The notes under the pieces were generated by a model. That model saw nothing but the letters and a program-made list of their open reading frames with translations, was not told the origin of the DNA and made no database searches. Below are positions 17,701 to 27,210 of a DNA stretch of 64,000 nucleotides, piece after piece; positions within the stretch are counted from its first letter, which is position 1; each line of letters starts with the position of its first letter. Both the position numbers and the translations under genes were made by a program. Source of the DNA: Bdellovibrionales bacterium (GTDB lineage Bacteria > Bdellovibrionota > Bdellovibrionia > Bdellovibrionales > UBA840); NCBI GenBank assembly GCA_045110695.1, contig JBGCGH010000023.1, positions 34,238 through 98,237 of the forward strand. The letters run 5' to 3'.

Positions 17701-18336
17701 ATGGCCCGCAAGGCGCATAAAACAACAGATCAAACCCGAGCTCAATTGATTGAGGCTGGAAAAGCTCTTTTCTCAGAAAAAGGTTTCGATGGAACTACTG
17801 TAAAAGAAATCGCAAATGCTGCGGGAGTAAATATCAGCCTAATAAGCTACCATTTTGACGGTAAAGAAAAGTTATACAGAGAATGCGTTGGCGACCACGG
17901 TGGCAAACTCTTAGAAATGGCTAAACGAATCTTAACTCATTGTAAATCAGAAGAAGAATTTAAAATCAGATTAAGAATGTTTATTGATGAGTGCTTTATG
18001 GATTTTGTAGAAGACCCTGAGTTGTCTTTGATGGCTTTCAGAGAGGCTGAGCAGATGAACCAACAAAACGATCCTGTTCTTCATGCAAACTACATCCGGT
18101 TTTTTGAGAAGATCATTGAGTTCATAAAAGTGGGTCAAAGTAATGGAATCGCCCAAACTGAAATTGATCCTTACATCTCCGCCGGAGTATTATTTGGTGG
18201 CCTCAGTCATTTTATAAAAATGAATAAAATTAGAGAAACCTACTTCAAGAAATCTATAATGGAAGATGCTACTAGAAACCAGGCCGCTGAGCATATAACT
18301 AAAATTTTTCTAGAAGGCGTACTTATCAAGGCTTAA
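17701..18336 (+). CDS. TetR/AcrR family transcriptional regulator
   Basis: N-terminal HTH: RAQLIEAGKALFSEKGFDGTTVKEIANAAGVNISLISYHFDGKEKLY. Start at ATG 17701 (GGAG 7 nt upstream) rather than the track start at 17647. Confidence 0.9.
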   Translation: MARKAHKTTDQTRAQLIEAGKALFSEKGFDGTTVKEIANAAGVNISLISYHFDGKEKLYRECVGDHGGKLLEMAKRILTHCKSEEEFKIRLRMFIDECFMDFVEDPELSLMAFREAEQMNQQNDPVLHANYIRFFEKIIEFIKVGQSNGIAQTEIDPYISAGVLFGGLSHFIKMNKIRETYFKKSIMEDATRNQAAEHITKIFLEGVLIKA

Positions 18337-18337
18337 A

Positions 18338-18772
18338 ATGGATATAAAAGAAATTACAGCCCAAGAAACTCATGCACTAAGGCTCGAAGTACTAAGACCA
18401 GGCGGAAAAAAATCTGATGTTGAATACGCCGAAGATGAAACCTTAGGAAGTTTTCACCTAGGCGCCTACAATAAGTCTCAACTCATTGGTATTGCTTCTT
18501 TTTTTCCAGAAAACTATCATCTATTTCCAACGGAAAAATGCTTCAGATTAAGAGGTATGGCTAGCTCTCCCAGACTTAAAGTTCCCGGTACTGGCACAAA
18601 ATTAATCCTGACGGCAGTTGAATTAATTAGAGAAAAGAAGGGAGATCTACTTTGGTGTAATGCTAGAGAGGTAGCTTTTCCTTTTTATGAGAAGGTGGGA
18701 TTTTCCTACCTCGGGCCTATGTTTGATATCCCTAAAATTGGGCCACACAAAGTAATGTATCGAAAGCTTTGA
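18338..18772 (+). CDS. GNAT family N-acetyltransferase
   Basis: 144 aa. RLRGMASSPRLKVPGTGTKLI (Q/RxxGxG/A-type acetyl-CoA loop) and C-terminal FYEKVGF. Starts 1 nt after the TetR stop. Confidence 0.8.
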   Translation: MDIKEITAQETHALRLEVLRPGGKKSDVEYAEDETLGSFHLGAYNKSQLIGIASFFPENYHLFPTEKCFRLRGMASSPRLKVPGTGTKLILTAVELIREKKGDLLWCNAREVAFPFYEKVGFSYLGPMFDIPKIGPHKVMYRKL

Positions 18773-18783
18773 GGTATATTTTT

Positions 18784-19095
18784 CTAGGCCTGATTCAGCA
18801 AGAAAATAATTGCCATTAATATTAGAACTATAGGTACGATATAATACAGGTTAAACCTACTCTTAGTCTCCTCAACTTGTACATCTTTTGCCGCACTCAT
18901 CTGTCCGACTCTTCTTAACATATTGGTAAAAAGCCTCAATTCAGACTCATCCTTCTTTTCAACAAGTATCTTGAGTTCAGATAACACTGGTCCCCGTTGA
19001 TCCTCTGGAAAAGTAGTTTGAATAAAATCAAAGAGTCGATCTAAATCTTCTTTTTTCTCTGGCCAGATTGTTTCAAAACTTTCTCTCATTTGCAC
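18784..19095 (-). CDS. Hypothetical tail-anchored membrane protein
   Basis: 103 aa with a single C-terminal TM helix (LYYIVPIVLILMAIIFLL). Overlaps the upstream gene by 10 nt. Confidence 0.45.
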   Translation of the reverse strand: MQMRESFETIWPEKKEDLDRLFDFIQTTFPEDQRGPVLSELKILVEKKDESELRLFTNMLRRVGQMSAAKDVQVEETKSRFNLYYIVPIVLILMAIIFLLNQA

Positions 19096-20543
19096 TCCAC
19101 AGCGATTGGATCCGGATTGATTCCTTTAGAAATTAACGATCTCCGGAGATCAATAACATCTGAAAGATAAGACTGAAAGCTTTCTAGGTCTGACATATAA
19201 TCATTTACCTCAGCAAGCTTGGTACTCAGAAGATCAGAATCAATTTTCGCTTGTTCACTATTAGTAGAGGGGCTGGATAATTTTTTAAGCTGCTGAAAGT
19301 ATTCGTATTCTGCTATTTTTAAAAACTGGGCCGTATAAAAGGATCTAACAAAAGGCTCTGCATTATTGTCTTTTTTCTCAAAATACTGTTTATAGAATTT
19401 CAAATCTCTCAAATTATTTGTAAGGGTTTGGGAACAAAACACCTCACTTGATGTTTTTTGGTCGCGCTCACTCATCTTTTTATCTACTCTCTTGAGAAGC
19501 TCACAGGATTCATCCGCAAGAATTTCTATTTCAATACTGTCTGAGAGCTGAACTAAGTTATACTTTACTCCTGATATTTCAACTTCTGTAATTTTCAAGC
19601 TCTCATCCCCTACTAGTCCCGATACGGAAAGATCGGTATCAGATAGAACCATAGGGAAAAGAGAATCAAAAAACTGATCACGACAGTAGTTTTTCAAATA
19701 CTTAGATTCATTGAAAAACTCTAGCCTAAGACTCTTGTAGATACGTATTTTCAACAAACTGGCATTTTGATCGTAGGCTAAATCTAAACCTTGAGCTGTA
19801 TTGATCGCTGTTGAGCTTAACTTTTCCCAATCTACAGACTGGTGAGTACTGGATAATATTCTAGATCTTATTGATTTGTATAAGCTCATGTCCAAATTAG
19901 CAAATAGCTGCTGCATAGTTTGGATCCTAAGATTATCTTTCTTGTGAGATTTTGATTCCTTAGTAAGTGATACAAAATCTTTATAGCTAGACGAGATTGC
20001 ACTGAATTGATTTTTTACTCTTAAATCAATCACGAACTCCCCACCCTCAAAAGCATAAAATGTATCGTGATTTTCTTTCTTGAGAGCTTTGGATTTTTCC
20101 AAAGAGCGGACCAATTCCTGTTTGTAGTAGGAAAAATCTTTATCCGCTTTGGGAGTTAGTAAAGACACCTTTCCCAGGCTGCAAACTCCTGTACCAATCT
20201 CGGATTCAACAAAAAGAAAATCTAAGCGACTTAAACCCATGCTCTGTGAACAACTGAAACAGGCAAGCCCTAAACCAGAGCCGCCACGGGGTAAACAGTT
20301 CAACAGACCGACAGAACCTAAAGTTTCAATAAAGCTTGTACCTAATTTGGCGTCCATTAAGTCTTTAACTAATTGATCAAAACTACGGTCCACTACTGGC
20401 TCTGCCACGGCTACTACAGATAATGTCTCCACCACTGGTTGTGAGCTTACTTCAGGTACGGTGGGTTCCGAATCAATTATTTTCATCTGACCAACAGCTA
20501 TAAGAGGTACCCAAATACTCAGGTAAATTATCCAATTAAGCAT
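19086..20543 (-). CDS. Hypothetical secreted/periplasmic protein
   Basis: 485 aa with an N-terminal hydrophobic segment. No motif I can name. Overlaps the ferredoxin-like gene by 8 nt. Confidence 0.5.
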   Translation of the reverse strand: MLNWIIYLSIWVPLIAVGQMKIIDSEPTVPEVSSQPVVETLSVVAVAEPVVDRSFDQLVKDLMDAKLGTSFIETLGSVGLLNCLPRGGSGLGLACFSCSQSMGLSRLDFLFVESEIGTGVCSLGKVSLLTPKADKDFSYYKQELVRSLEKSKALKKENHDTFYAFEGGEFVIDLRVKNQFSAISSSYKDFVSLTKESKSHKKDNLRIQTMQQLFANLDMSLYKSIRSRILSSTHQSVDWEKLSSTAINTAQGLDLAYDQNASLLKIRIYKSLRLEFFNESKYLKNYCRDQFFDSLFPMVLSDTDLSVSGLVGDESLKITEVEISGVKYNLVQLSDSIEIEILADESCELLKRVDKKMSERDQKTSSEVFCSQTLTNNLRDLKFYKQYFEKKDNNAEPFVRSFYTAQFLKIAEYEYFQQLKKLSSPSTNSEQAKIDSDLLSTKLAEVNDYMSDLESFQSYLSDVIDLRRSLISKGINPDPIAVECK

Positions 20544-20820
20544 TCATCAACTCCTCAACTTTTGACTCTATAGAATCCAATGAATTCATATCAATCCTCT
20601 CAAACCAAATGCCTTGAGGGTAAATCACCGCAACACCGCCCTTTGAACATCTACCGAGGCAACCAGAATTATTCACACGAACTTTTTTTCCAAACTTCTC
20701 AAAAAGTCTTTCTTTTAATTGATTTCGAATGTTTTGACCTTCATTTAAAAAACAAGGATTAGCATAGCCTTCCTTTGTATTCGTGCAAACAAATAAATGT
20801 AGCTCTAAATCCGTGCTCAT
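20536..20820 (-). CDS. Thioredoxin-like [2Fe-2S] ferredoxin
   Basis: Start at ATG 20820 (MSTDLELHLFVCTN...), with ATGA overlap onto the upstream stop. Four-Cys pattern FVC...NPC...SGCLGRC and a GGVAVIYPQGIWF tail, typical of this family. Confidence 0.7.
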   Translation of the reverse strand: MSTDLELHLFVCTNTKEGYANPCFLNEGQNIRNQLKERLFEKFGKKVRVNNSGCLGRCSKGGVAVIYPQGIWFERIDMNSLDSIESKVEELMNA

Positions 20821-21497
20821 TGCAACTCCATAAAATCTATAATGTGCTTGGTTCTTTTCCCTAAGTCCCAAATCATTCGATCTAAAATTATATTATCTTT
20901 AACTAAAAAATTTGTATAGTGATCCACCAAAGATACTTCTTCGGCATCACTTGCCGCCATCACTTTCCTGATTATATCCCCATTGCTTGAAGTTACAGAG
21001 AATTCAGAGGGAAAAACCCCCTTAAACGAAGGAAAGCTGTAGAGATCATGGTAACTAAGAACCCTATATGCCTTGGATTTAGCCTCTCGTAAATTACTCT
21101 GAATGGCTGGGATTGTTTTTTTGGGATCATCAAAATACTGAAATTTCATTTGCCCCAAGCAATTACAAAAAAGAATTGTAGTTTCATCTCTTGAAGATTG
21201 AATTTGTGATGAATCAAATTTTGATGGAATCCATCTCACATTTTTTAAATTCAATCTCCAATAAAAAATTGATTTTCCCATGGAGTCTGGCTCAAAAACT
21301 GTTATGGATTTAAATTTCATCAGAAATTCTCGACTCAGTGAGTATCCTCCACTGGGACCAACTAAAATTAGGTGCTCGGATGGCTTCACAGGAATTTTGC
21401 TTAACAATTGCGACATCTTTGCCTGATAAGGCATCCACCTACGGCCAGAGTTACGCAGTGCTAAATAATGATAAAAAAATCCTCCGGTATGGTTCAT
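20817..21497 (-). CDS. Hypothetical protein (first gene of a four-gene operon)
   Basis: 226 aa. AGGAAAGG SD. The LILVGPSGGYSL segment is faintly Rossmann-like, but I cannot assign a family. Confidence 0.5.
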   Translation of the reverse strand: MNHTGGFFYHYLALRNSGRRWMPYQAKMSQLLSKIPVKPSEHLILVGPSGGYSLSREFLMKFKSITVFEPDSMGKSIFYWRLNLKNVRWIPSKFDSSQIQSSRDETTILFCNCLGQMKFQYFDDPKKTIPAIQSNLREAKSKAYRVLSYHDLYSFPSFKGVFPSEFSVTSSNGDIIRKVMAASDAEEVSLVDHYTNFLVKDNIILDRMIWDLGKRTKHIIDFMELQ

Positions 21498-21555
21498 TCG
21501 CCGCCTTTCCTATACAATCACTCTACAGAATAGATCGACCTCATTGGAGTATTTT

Positions 21556-23946
21556 ATGAAAAAAGCGCTGTTTTTCATCTTCTTATCAACTATTAGTCTC
21601 TGGGTGATTGCTCAGAAGCTCTTTTTAAACCCTGTCCCAAATAGAACAGATGAAATACAGATTCCTCTGCTCGAAAGCGGCGTAGAAGTAAAGTACGACA
21701 ATTTTGGAGTTCCGCATATTTCAGCAAAAACACAGAGAGATGCTCAGATTACTCTTGGCTTTATCGTTGCTCAAAATCGACTTTTCCAAATGGATATGCA
21801 GCGACGGGTCGCCAAGGGAGAACTTAGCGAAATCGTGGGACCGGTAGCCTTAGAAGTGGACAAAAAGAATAGGACCATGGCCTTTCGGTATTATGCTGAA
21901 AAACACCTTCAAAATGGAAATATCAGCCAAAAAGCCCTCGCTTCCAGCCAAGCTTTTTTTGAAGGGGTAAACTACTTTATAGCCACTCAGCCCCTACCGA
22001 TTGAGTTCACCTTGTTAGGCTATAAACCCTCTGATTTTTCCGTTTTGGATAGCATCGCCTTTGTTGGGTATATGTCTTTTAGTTTTCAACATGGTATTAA
22101 TGTCGATCCAGAGCTACACAACTTTTCATTCAATTTAGACAAGACAAAATTTCAAGAGCTTGTTAACTCTTATTCAAATGATGACGATGGGATTGATAAA
22201 ACTAAAGCAAGTTCCAAAAATGTAAATAATCAAAAAACTTCAGCTCAAAAGAAGATAACTAAAATTTTTGAAGATCTAGAAATAGAAAAATATTTTGATT
22301 TTAAATTAGAGGGCTCCAATTCATGGGTTTTATCTTCAGACCGAAGTAGTACTGGCTCTCCCATCCTGGCAAATGACCCTCATATAGGACATGCAAATCC
22401 AGGAGTATGGTTTGAAGCCTATATTGAAACTCCAGAATATAGCTCCTATGGGCACTACGCCTCGATGATACCCTTCCCACTACTTGCCCACACACCCAAT
22501 ATCGCTTGGGCTCTCACCATGAGCAATGTGGATGACTTTGACTTAGTAATGGCAAAAAATTCTGACGCCAATACCTACAGCCTAGACTATAAAGACTACG
22601 ATTATGAAATTATAAAAGATGAGATCCCTGTTAAAGATGGAACTGCCGTCCCTCACGAAGTAAAAATTTCTATTCTTGGACCAGCCCTAACAGACATAAT
22701 AGATATCGATGCAGATCACGATGCTATTGCCGATTGGACTTTCTACTCAAAAGACTATTCCGGATACCAAGCTCTTTACGAACTTCCCTTTGCAAATGAT
22801 CTAGAGCAATTTAAAGACTCACTAGCGAAACTCACAGCCCCTGGTCTAAATATTTCTTACGTAGACAAAGCAGAAAACATTGCCTGGTTTGCCGCTGGCT
22901 GGATTCCCAGAAGAAAGAGAGCAAGTAATGGCTTTGCCATGATACACGGAAACGAGTACAGCGATCACAAAGCAGGCTATCTCGATTTTAGCGAGCATCC
23001 TCAGTTAATCAATCCAGAGGATGGTATCATTGTGACGGCAAATCATATGGTCTCTCACTCGAGAAAAGACTTACTCCCAGGCTACTGGCAACCATCGGAC
23101 AGGGCCGAGCAAATCATTGATCGTTTAGCTGAGAAAGAAGTATGGAGCCCTGAGGAGATGAAAGACATCGCTCTTGATACAACGGACTGGGCTTGGCTGA
23201 AGGTCAAAGATCAATTTCTTTCCTATCTAAAAGAAATTCAAAAAACTCAAAAAATAGATAAGCTCTCAGAAACAATTAAAATACTTGAAACATGGAATTC
23301 AAAAGCGGACATAGATGAACGTGGAATACTGATATTTAGAACCTACTCTAACTATATAACTCAAGAAGCAATGCAGGATGAGATGGGTACTAGATCATTC
23401 AACAAGCTTTTTAAAAATGCACAGAGGTGGAACTTATATAAATCTATTTTGCAAAACCCTGACTCCACATGGTGGGACAATGAAAAAACGGAAGAAATTA
23501 AAGAAACCCATCTAGATACAATAGCCAAAGCTATTCCTAAGGCACACCAGCTTCTAGAAAAAAAATGCGGTACAAACGTTGGGAGCTGGCAATGGAAGTG
23601 CCTACACACCCTAGAGTTGGTACACCCACTAGGAAGAAAAGATCCATTGAATTTTGTTTTTAACATTGGACCCAAACCAGTATCTGGTGGGTACTCTATT
23701 GTTAATCATAATAACTCCAGAAGCATAGATGGCTTTAAGGTTACATCAGGACCCTCAACTAGAAGAATAATTTCTATGGACAAGCCTACTATCTCTTACG
23801 GAATCCTACCTTCTGGACAATCAGGACACTTGATGGACCAACACTATTCCGATCAATGGAAAATGTATCGAGAGGGGAAGTTTAGAAAGCAATTAATGAC
23901 TATGGACCATCCTGAATTAGGCCCCAGTCAAAGATTTAACCCTTAA
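21556..23946 (+). CDS. Penicillin acylase family Ntn-hydrolase (AHL-acylase-like), secreted
   Basis: Signal peptide MKKALFFIFLSTISLWVIA. Autoprocessing site LEGSNSWVLS (nucleophile Ser of the beta-subunit) followed by SPILANDPHIG. About 796 aa. TGGAG SD before ATG 21556. Confidence 0.9.
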   Translation: MKKALFFIFLSTISLWVIAQKLFLNPVPNRTDEIQIPLLESGVEVKYDNFGVPHISAKTQRDAQITLGFIVAQNRLFQMDMQRRVAKGELSEIVGPVALEVDKKNRTMAFRYYAEKHLQNGNISQKALASSQAFFEGVNYFIATQPLPIEFTLLGYKPSDFSVLDSIAFVGYMSFSFQHGINVDPELHNFSFNLDKTKFQELVNSYSNDDDGIDKTKASSKNVNNQKTSAQKKITKIFEDLEIEKYFDFKLEGSNSWVLSSDRSSTGSPILANDPHIGHANPGVWFEAYIETPEYSSYGHYASMIPFPLLAHTPNIAWALTMSNVDDFDLVMAKNSDANTYSLDYKDYDYEIIKDEIPVKDGTAVPHEVKISILGPALTDIIDIDADHDAIADWTFYSKDYSGYQALYELPFANDLEQFKDSLAKLTAPGLNISYVDKAENIAWFAAGWIPRRKRASNGFAMIHGNEYSDHKAGYLDFSEHPQLINPEDGIIVTANHMVSHSRKDLLPGYWQPSDRAEQIIDRLAEKEVWSPEEMKDIALDTTDWAWLKVKDQFLSYLKEIQKTQKIDKLSETIKILETWNSKADIDERGILIFRTYSNYITQEAMQDEMGTRSFNKLFKNAQRWNLYKSILQNPDSTWWDNEKTEEIKETHLDTIAKAIPKAHQLLEKKCGTNVGSWQWKCLHTLELVHPLGRKDPLNFVFNIGPKPVSGGYSIVNHNNSRSIDGFKVTSGPSTRRIISMDKPTISYGILPSGQSGHLMDQHYSDQWKMYREGKFRKQLMTMDHPELGPSQRFNP

Positions 23947-24040
23947 AGCTTAGCATTATTTATCAATCAAATAAATAAGTGAGGAACTCATCGAGACAAA
24001 AAAGGATTTTTCAAATATTATTTCCGAGTATGACTTCTTT

Positions 24041-24766
24041 ATGAAAAACTCTAACGAATCAAAAATGATACTCGATTTTTTAGGAAAGTTTTTTGAGAAA
24101 TCGTTTAAAAAGCATGAAGATATAGATGTATTAGATTTTGGCTGCGGATCAGGAGAATTCGCATCACAATATATTGTTTATTTAAAAGAGAAAATAAGTT
24201 CATTTTCAGCAGTAGAACCTGTCTTGGAGAATCACGCTTCAATAGATAAAAATATAGCAGCAGGTATGGAGCTGAAGCCCATCAAATCTTTCGGTGATAT
24301 TTGCGACATACCTGAAGAAACCTTATTTGATTTAATCGTATCAAACCACGTTCTTTACTATGTTCCAGATATCTCGAAAACCGTCGATAATCTTGTTTCC
24401 AAAATAAAAAACAATGGCTTCCTTTTAATAACAATGGCAAGTCCAGAGAACACACTGATAAAGTTTTGGCAGAAGAGTTTCAGTAAGATAGGCATATCTA
24501 TTCCGTTCAACCAAAATACCGATCTAATGAGTACCTTAGAAGAAAGAAGAATTAAATTTCAAACAAAAAAAATTGAAGCTGGATTAGATTTCTCGGACAC
24601 ATCTCAAAATAGAATAAAAATAGGTAAGTTTTTACTGGGAGATTATTTTTATAAAATTAATGAAAAAGAAATAAGCTATTTCTTCGAAGAATATTCCAAG
24701 AATGGTAGAGTTATTATGGAACTAGTTGATAACGTTTATATCATAAATGGAGAAATTACTAATTGA
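24041..24766 (+). CDS. Class I SAM-dependent methyltransferase
   Basis: Motif I VLDFGCGSGEF. Post-I/II region DLIVSNHVLYYV. The frame stays open upstream to 23975 with no canonical start (see findings). Confidence 0.8.
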   Translation: MKNSNESKMILDFLGKFFEKSFKKHEDIDVLDFGCGSGEFASQYIVYLKEKISSFSAVEPVLENHASIDKNIAAGMELKPIKSFGDICDIPEETLFDLIVSNHVLYYVPDISKTVDNLVSKIKNNGFLLITMASPENTLIKFWQKSFSKIGISIPFNQNTDLMSTLEERRIKFQTKKIEAGLDFSDTSQNRIKIGKFLLGDYFYKINEKEISYFFEEYSKNGRVIMELVDNVYIINGEITN

Positions 24767-25235
24767 ACTTCTTTAAAAACGATAGATTAAAACCACACAC
24801 CAACATGAGCATTTTTTTAAAAAATACTAAATACAATGTAGTAGAATCTTTTGAAGACTGCTTCGTATCTAAAAAAGAAAAAGAACTAGAGAAGAGTGGC
24901 TACAAAAATCTTCAGCATCATCTCGAAACCAAAGGACTTTGTCCTAGTTGTTCTTAAATTTGTGTTTTTTTCTCGCCAAATATTAGATCGCTTAAATATA
25001 TTCATAAGATGGAAAATAGAAAACATTAACTATCTATATTTTCTTCGACTCTAAGATTCTTAACTCCGGTATTTTTAGATAAAGAGTTTCATACTAGTCA
25101 CAACGGCGTCTCCGATCAGTGTAAAACAAAGAGGGCAAAAAAAATAAATTTAGAAGAAGCTAATGCCAAATAGGCACGGACCCAATTCCAGAGACTTTGT
25201 TTTTTATTTTATAAAAGTAAAGCCTCTTACCTTTT

Positions 25236-26204
25236 TTAAAAAATATTCTGAGGGCCTTGAGATATTGAATTATTAAAGGTCTTAATCATCCTGGCTACTG
25301 ATTTTTTAAAATGAATCGCCAATTTAGGATTAGTTCTTCTCCCATGAAGCCAAGCAAACAATACCAAATCTCTTGCTAAAATAAAGTAAGGCAGAATTTC
25401 TAGATCAAAATCTGATAAACTCATGCTCTTCGAATACCCATTTAATAAAGAATCGGTAATTCTCTTGGCCTCCGTCTTCCCAACATTTTTTAAAATATTT
25501 GAAGAGGCATTCAAAGTAACTGCTAAATCCATTAATTCAAAACCATAACCGCAATCGTCGAAATCAATAGGCGTAACTTTGTTCTGGCTCCACAATAGAT
25601 TCCCAAAGTGAAGGTCCCCGTGAACAACATTCATTTTCTCCGGATATTTTTTCTGATAATTCATCAACTTAGAAAAAACCATTTTCCTACAGTCACTCAA
25701 AATTTCATATTGTTTTTTCGAAATCGACGACTCAATAGACCTAAAAGACCCCATAGTTGATTCAAGACCAATCAGACCTTGAGTGTCCCAATAATTCCTA
25801 TGATTTAACTTAAAGCCTTTCGTAGACTTGTGAAGATTAGAGGTTAGCTCCCCAACCGATTCAAAATGCCCGGAAGATAAACTCTTATACTTCGACCGCC
25901 CATCTCTCCAGTGCAATATACTACAGAAACGAGAAGGCATCCGCTCACCTTCTCCTAGCTCTACATATTTTTTAAATTTTGATGATAAAGGCTTTTGAAC
26001 TTCAAGAACCGAGTTATTTGACAACCAATTTAATAACTCCAACTCTTCTAAAATAGCTTCTTTACTATGATAAGAATCTCTATGAAGCCTTAGCAAGAAG
26101 TTCGATTTAGCAGTAGATACTTTAAAAGTTGCATTTTCACCGTGTTGAATGAACTTCAATTGATAGTTTTTAATAGGGTATTTAAGAAGAACTCGTTCGG
26201 CCAT
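25236..26204 (-). CDS. Aminoglycoside/choline-kinase-type phosphotransferase (APH family)
   Basis: Catalytic loop VVHGDLHFGNLLW and Mg-binding IDFDDCGYG. Confidence 0.8.
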   Translation of the reverse strand: MAERVLLKYPIKNYQLKFIQHGENATFKVSTAKSNFLLRLHRDSYHSKEAILEELELLNWLSNNSVLEVQKPLSSKFKKYVELGEGERMPSRFCSILHWRDGRSKYKSLSSGHFESVGELTSNLHKSTKGFKLNHRNYWDTQGLIGLESTMGSFRSIESSISKKQYEILSDCRKMVFSKLMNYQKKYPEKMNVVHGDLHFGNLLWSQNKVTPIDFDDCGYGFELMDLAVTLNASSNILKNVGKTEAKRITDSLLNGYSKSMSLSDFDLEILPYFILARDLVLFAWLHGRRTNPKLAIHFKKSVARMIKTFNNSISQGPQNIF

Positions 26205-26268
26205 CCTACGAAGCTCCCTAACCTGAGATAAATAACTGAACTCATTTTTATTTCTAGAGTTTTTTTAT

Positions 26269-27147
26269 TCAAAGAACCTTCTTTTTACACTCGGCAATCA
26301 AATGCTTTTTAAACAACTGAAATCTTTTTGGCATAAGGGCGTTGTCTACATAGATTAAATACATTTTAGATTTGAGTTCCTTTTCACTAGCCACCCTAAG
26401 CTCTTTTCTTTTAATGGCCTTAGCAACACTAAAATATGGTAAGACGGCATAGTAGTTAGAATCTACCAAGGCCTCGATCATAGATTTATGAGAGTTTACT
26501 ACTATATGACGATTGATTTTAGAAATGGAAGATTTCTTAAAATACTTGTGTATGTAGTTAACAAGTAGGCCATCATCTAAAGAGTAGGCCACAAACTTTG
26601 CGTCACCTATATCAACGAGGGGCTTCTTGTTTGTTACGCTAGTCACTAAAACAGACTTCTCGGTTAGAATCTCATAGGATCTCAAGTTTTCTTGGTCCAC
26701 CAACTCATTAACAATTCCAAAATCTAAATTTCCTGTTTTTACTTTGTCGATAATATTATCGGGAGAGGTATATAACATTTTTAAATCAACATCTGGATAC
26801 AGCTTATTAAAGCCCAAAACTTTTTCCATAATTGAAAACTGACCTACTTCACCCAAACAGCCCATCCCCAGTTGGCCCTTTACTTCATCTGTACGGTCTT
26901 TTGTAATATGCATGGTGGTTTGTAGTTCTTTTATCAGGGGTGCCACTCGTCTCTTAAAAGCTACTCCCTCTTCCGTTAGGTGAACTTTATGCTTATCCCT
27001 AATAAATAACTTAGTGCCTAACTGCTCTTCTAGAAGTTTGATTTGCCTAGAGATACTAGGTTGGGATACAGAGAAATCTTTTGCCGTTTCTGTGAAACTC
27101 ATGGTCTCTGAAAGGCTTGTAAAACACTCAAGATAATTAAGATTCAT
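26269..27147 (-). CDS. LysR family transcriptional regulator
   Basis: N-terminal wHTH: MNLNYLECFTSLSETMSFTETAKDFSVSQPSISRQIKLLEEQLGTKLF. 292 aa. SD is a G6 tract (GGGGGGAACTT-ATG). Confidence 0.9.
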   Translation of the reverse strand: MNLNYLECFTSLSETMSFTETAKDFSVSQPSISRQIKLLEEQLGTKLFIRDKHKVHLTEEGVAFKRRVAPLIKELQTTMHITKDRTDEVKGQLGMGCLGEVGQFSIMEKVLGFNKLYPDVDLKMLYTSPDNIIDKVKTGNLDFGIVNELVDQENLRSYEILTEKSVLVTSVTNKKPLVDIGDAKFVAYSLDDGLLVNYIHKYFKKSSISKINRHIVVNSHKSMIEALVDSNYYAVLPYFSVAKAIKRKELRVASEKELKSKMYLIYVDNALMPKRFQLFKKHLIAECKKKVL

Positions 27148-27210
27148 AAGTTCCCCCCAATGGGATTATGCCGATTTGTTTAAACGCAGAGGATGTATAA
27201 AAACAAAATC

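Noticed and set aside
24763-24957. 64-aa ORF after the methyltransferase (TTG start overlapping TGA; C-terminal CPSC)
   Set aside because: No SD, a weak start codon, no recognisable domain and AT-rich low-complexity sequence. I cannot support it as a gene, although a 50-aa product from the internal Met is not excluded.
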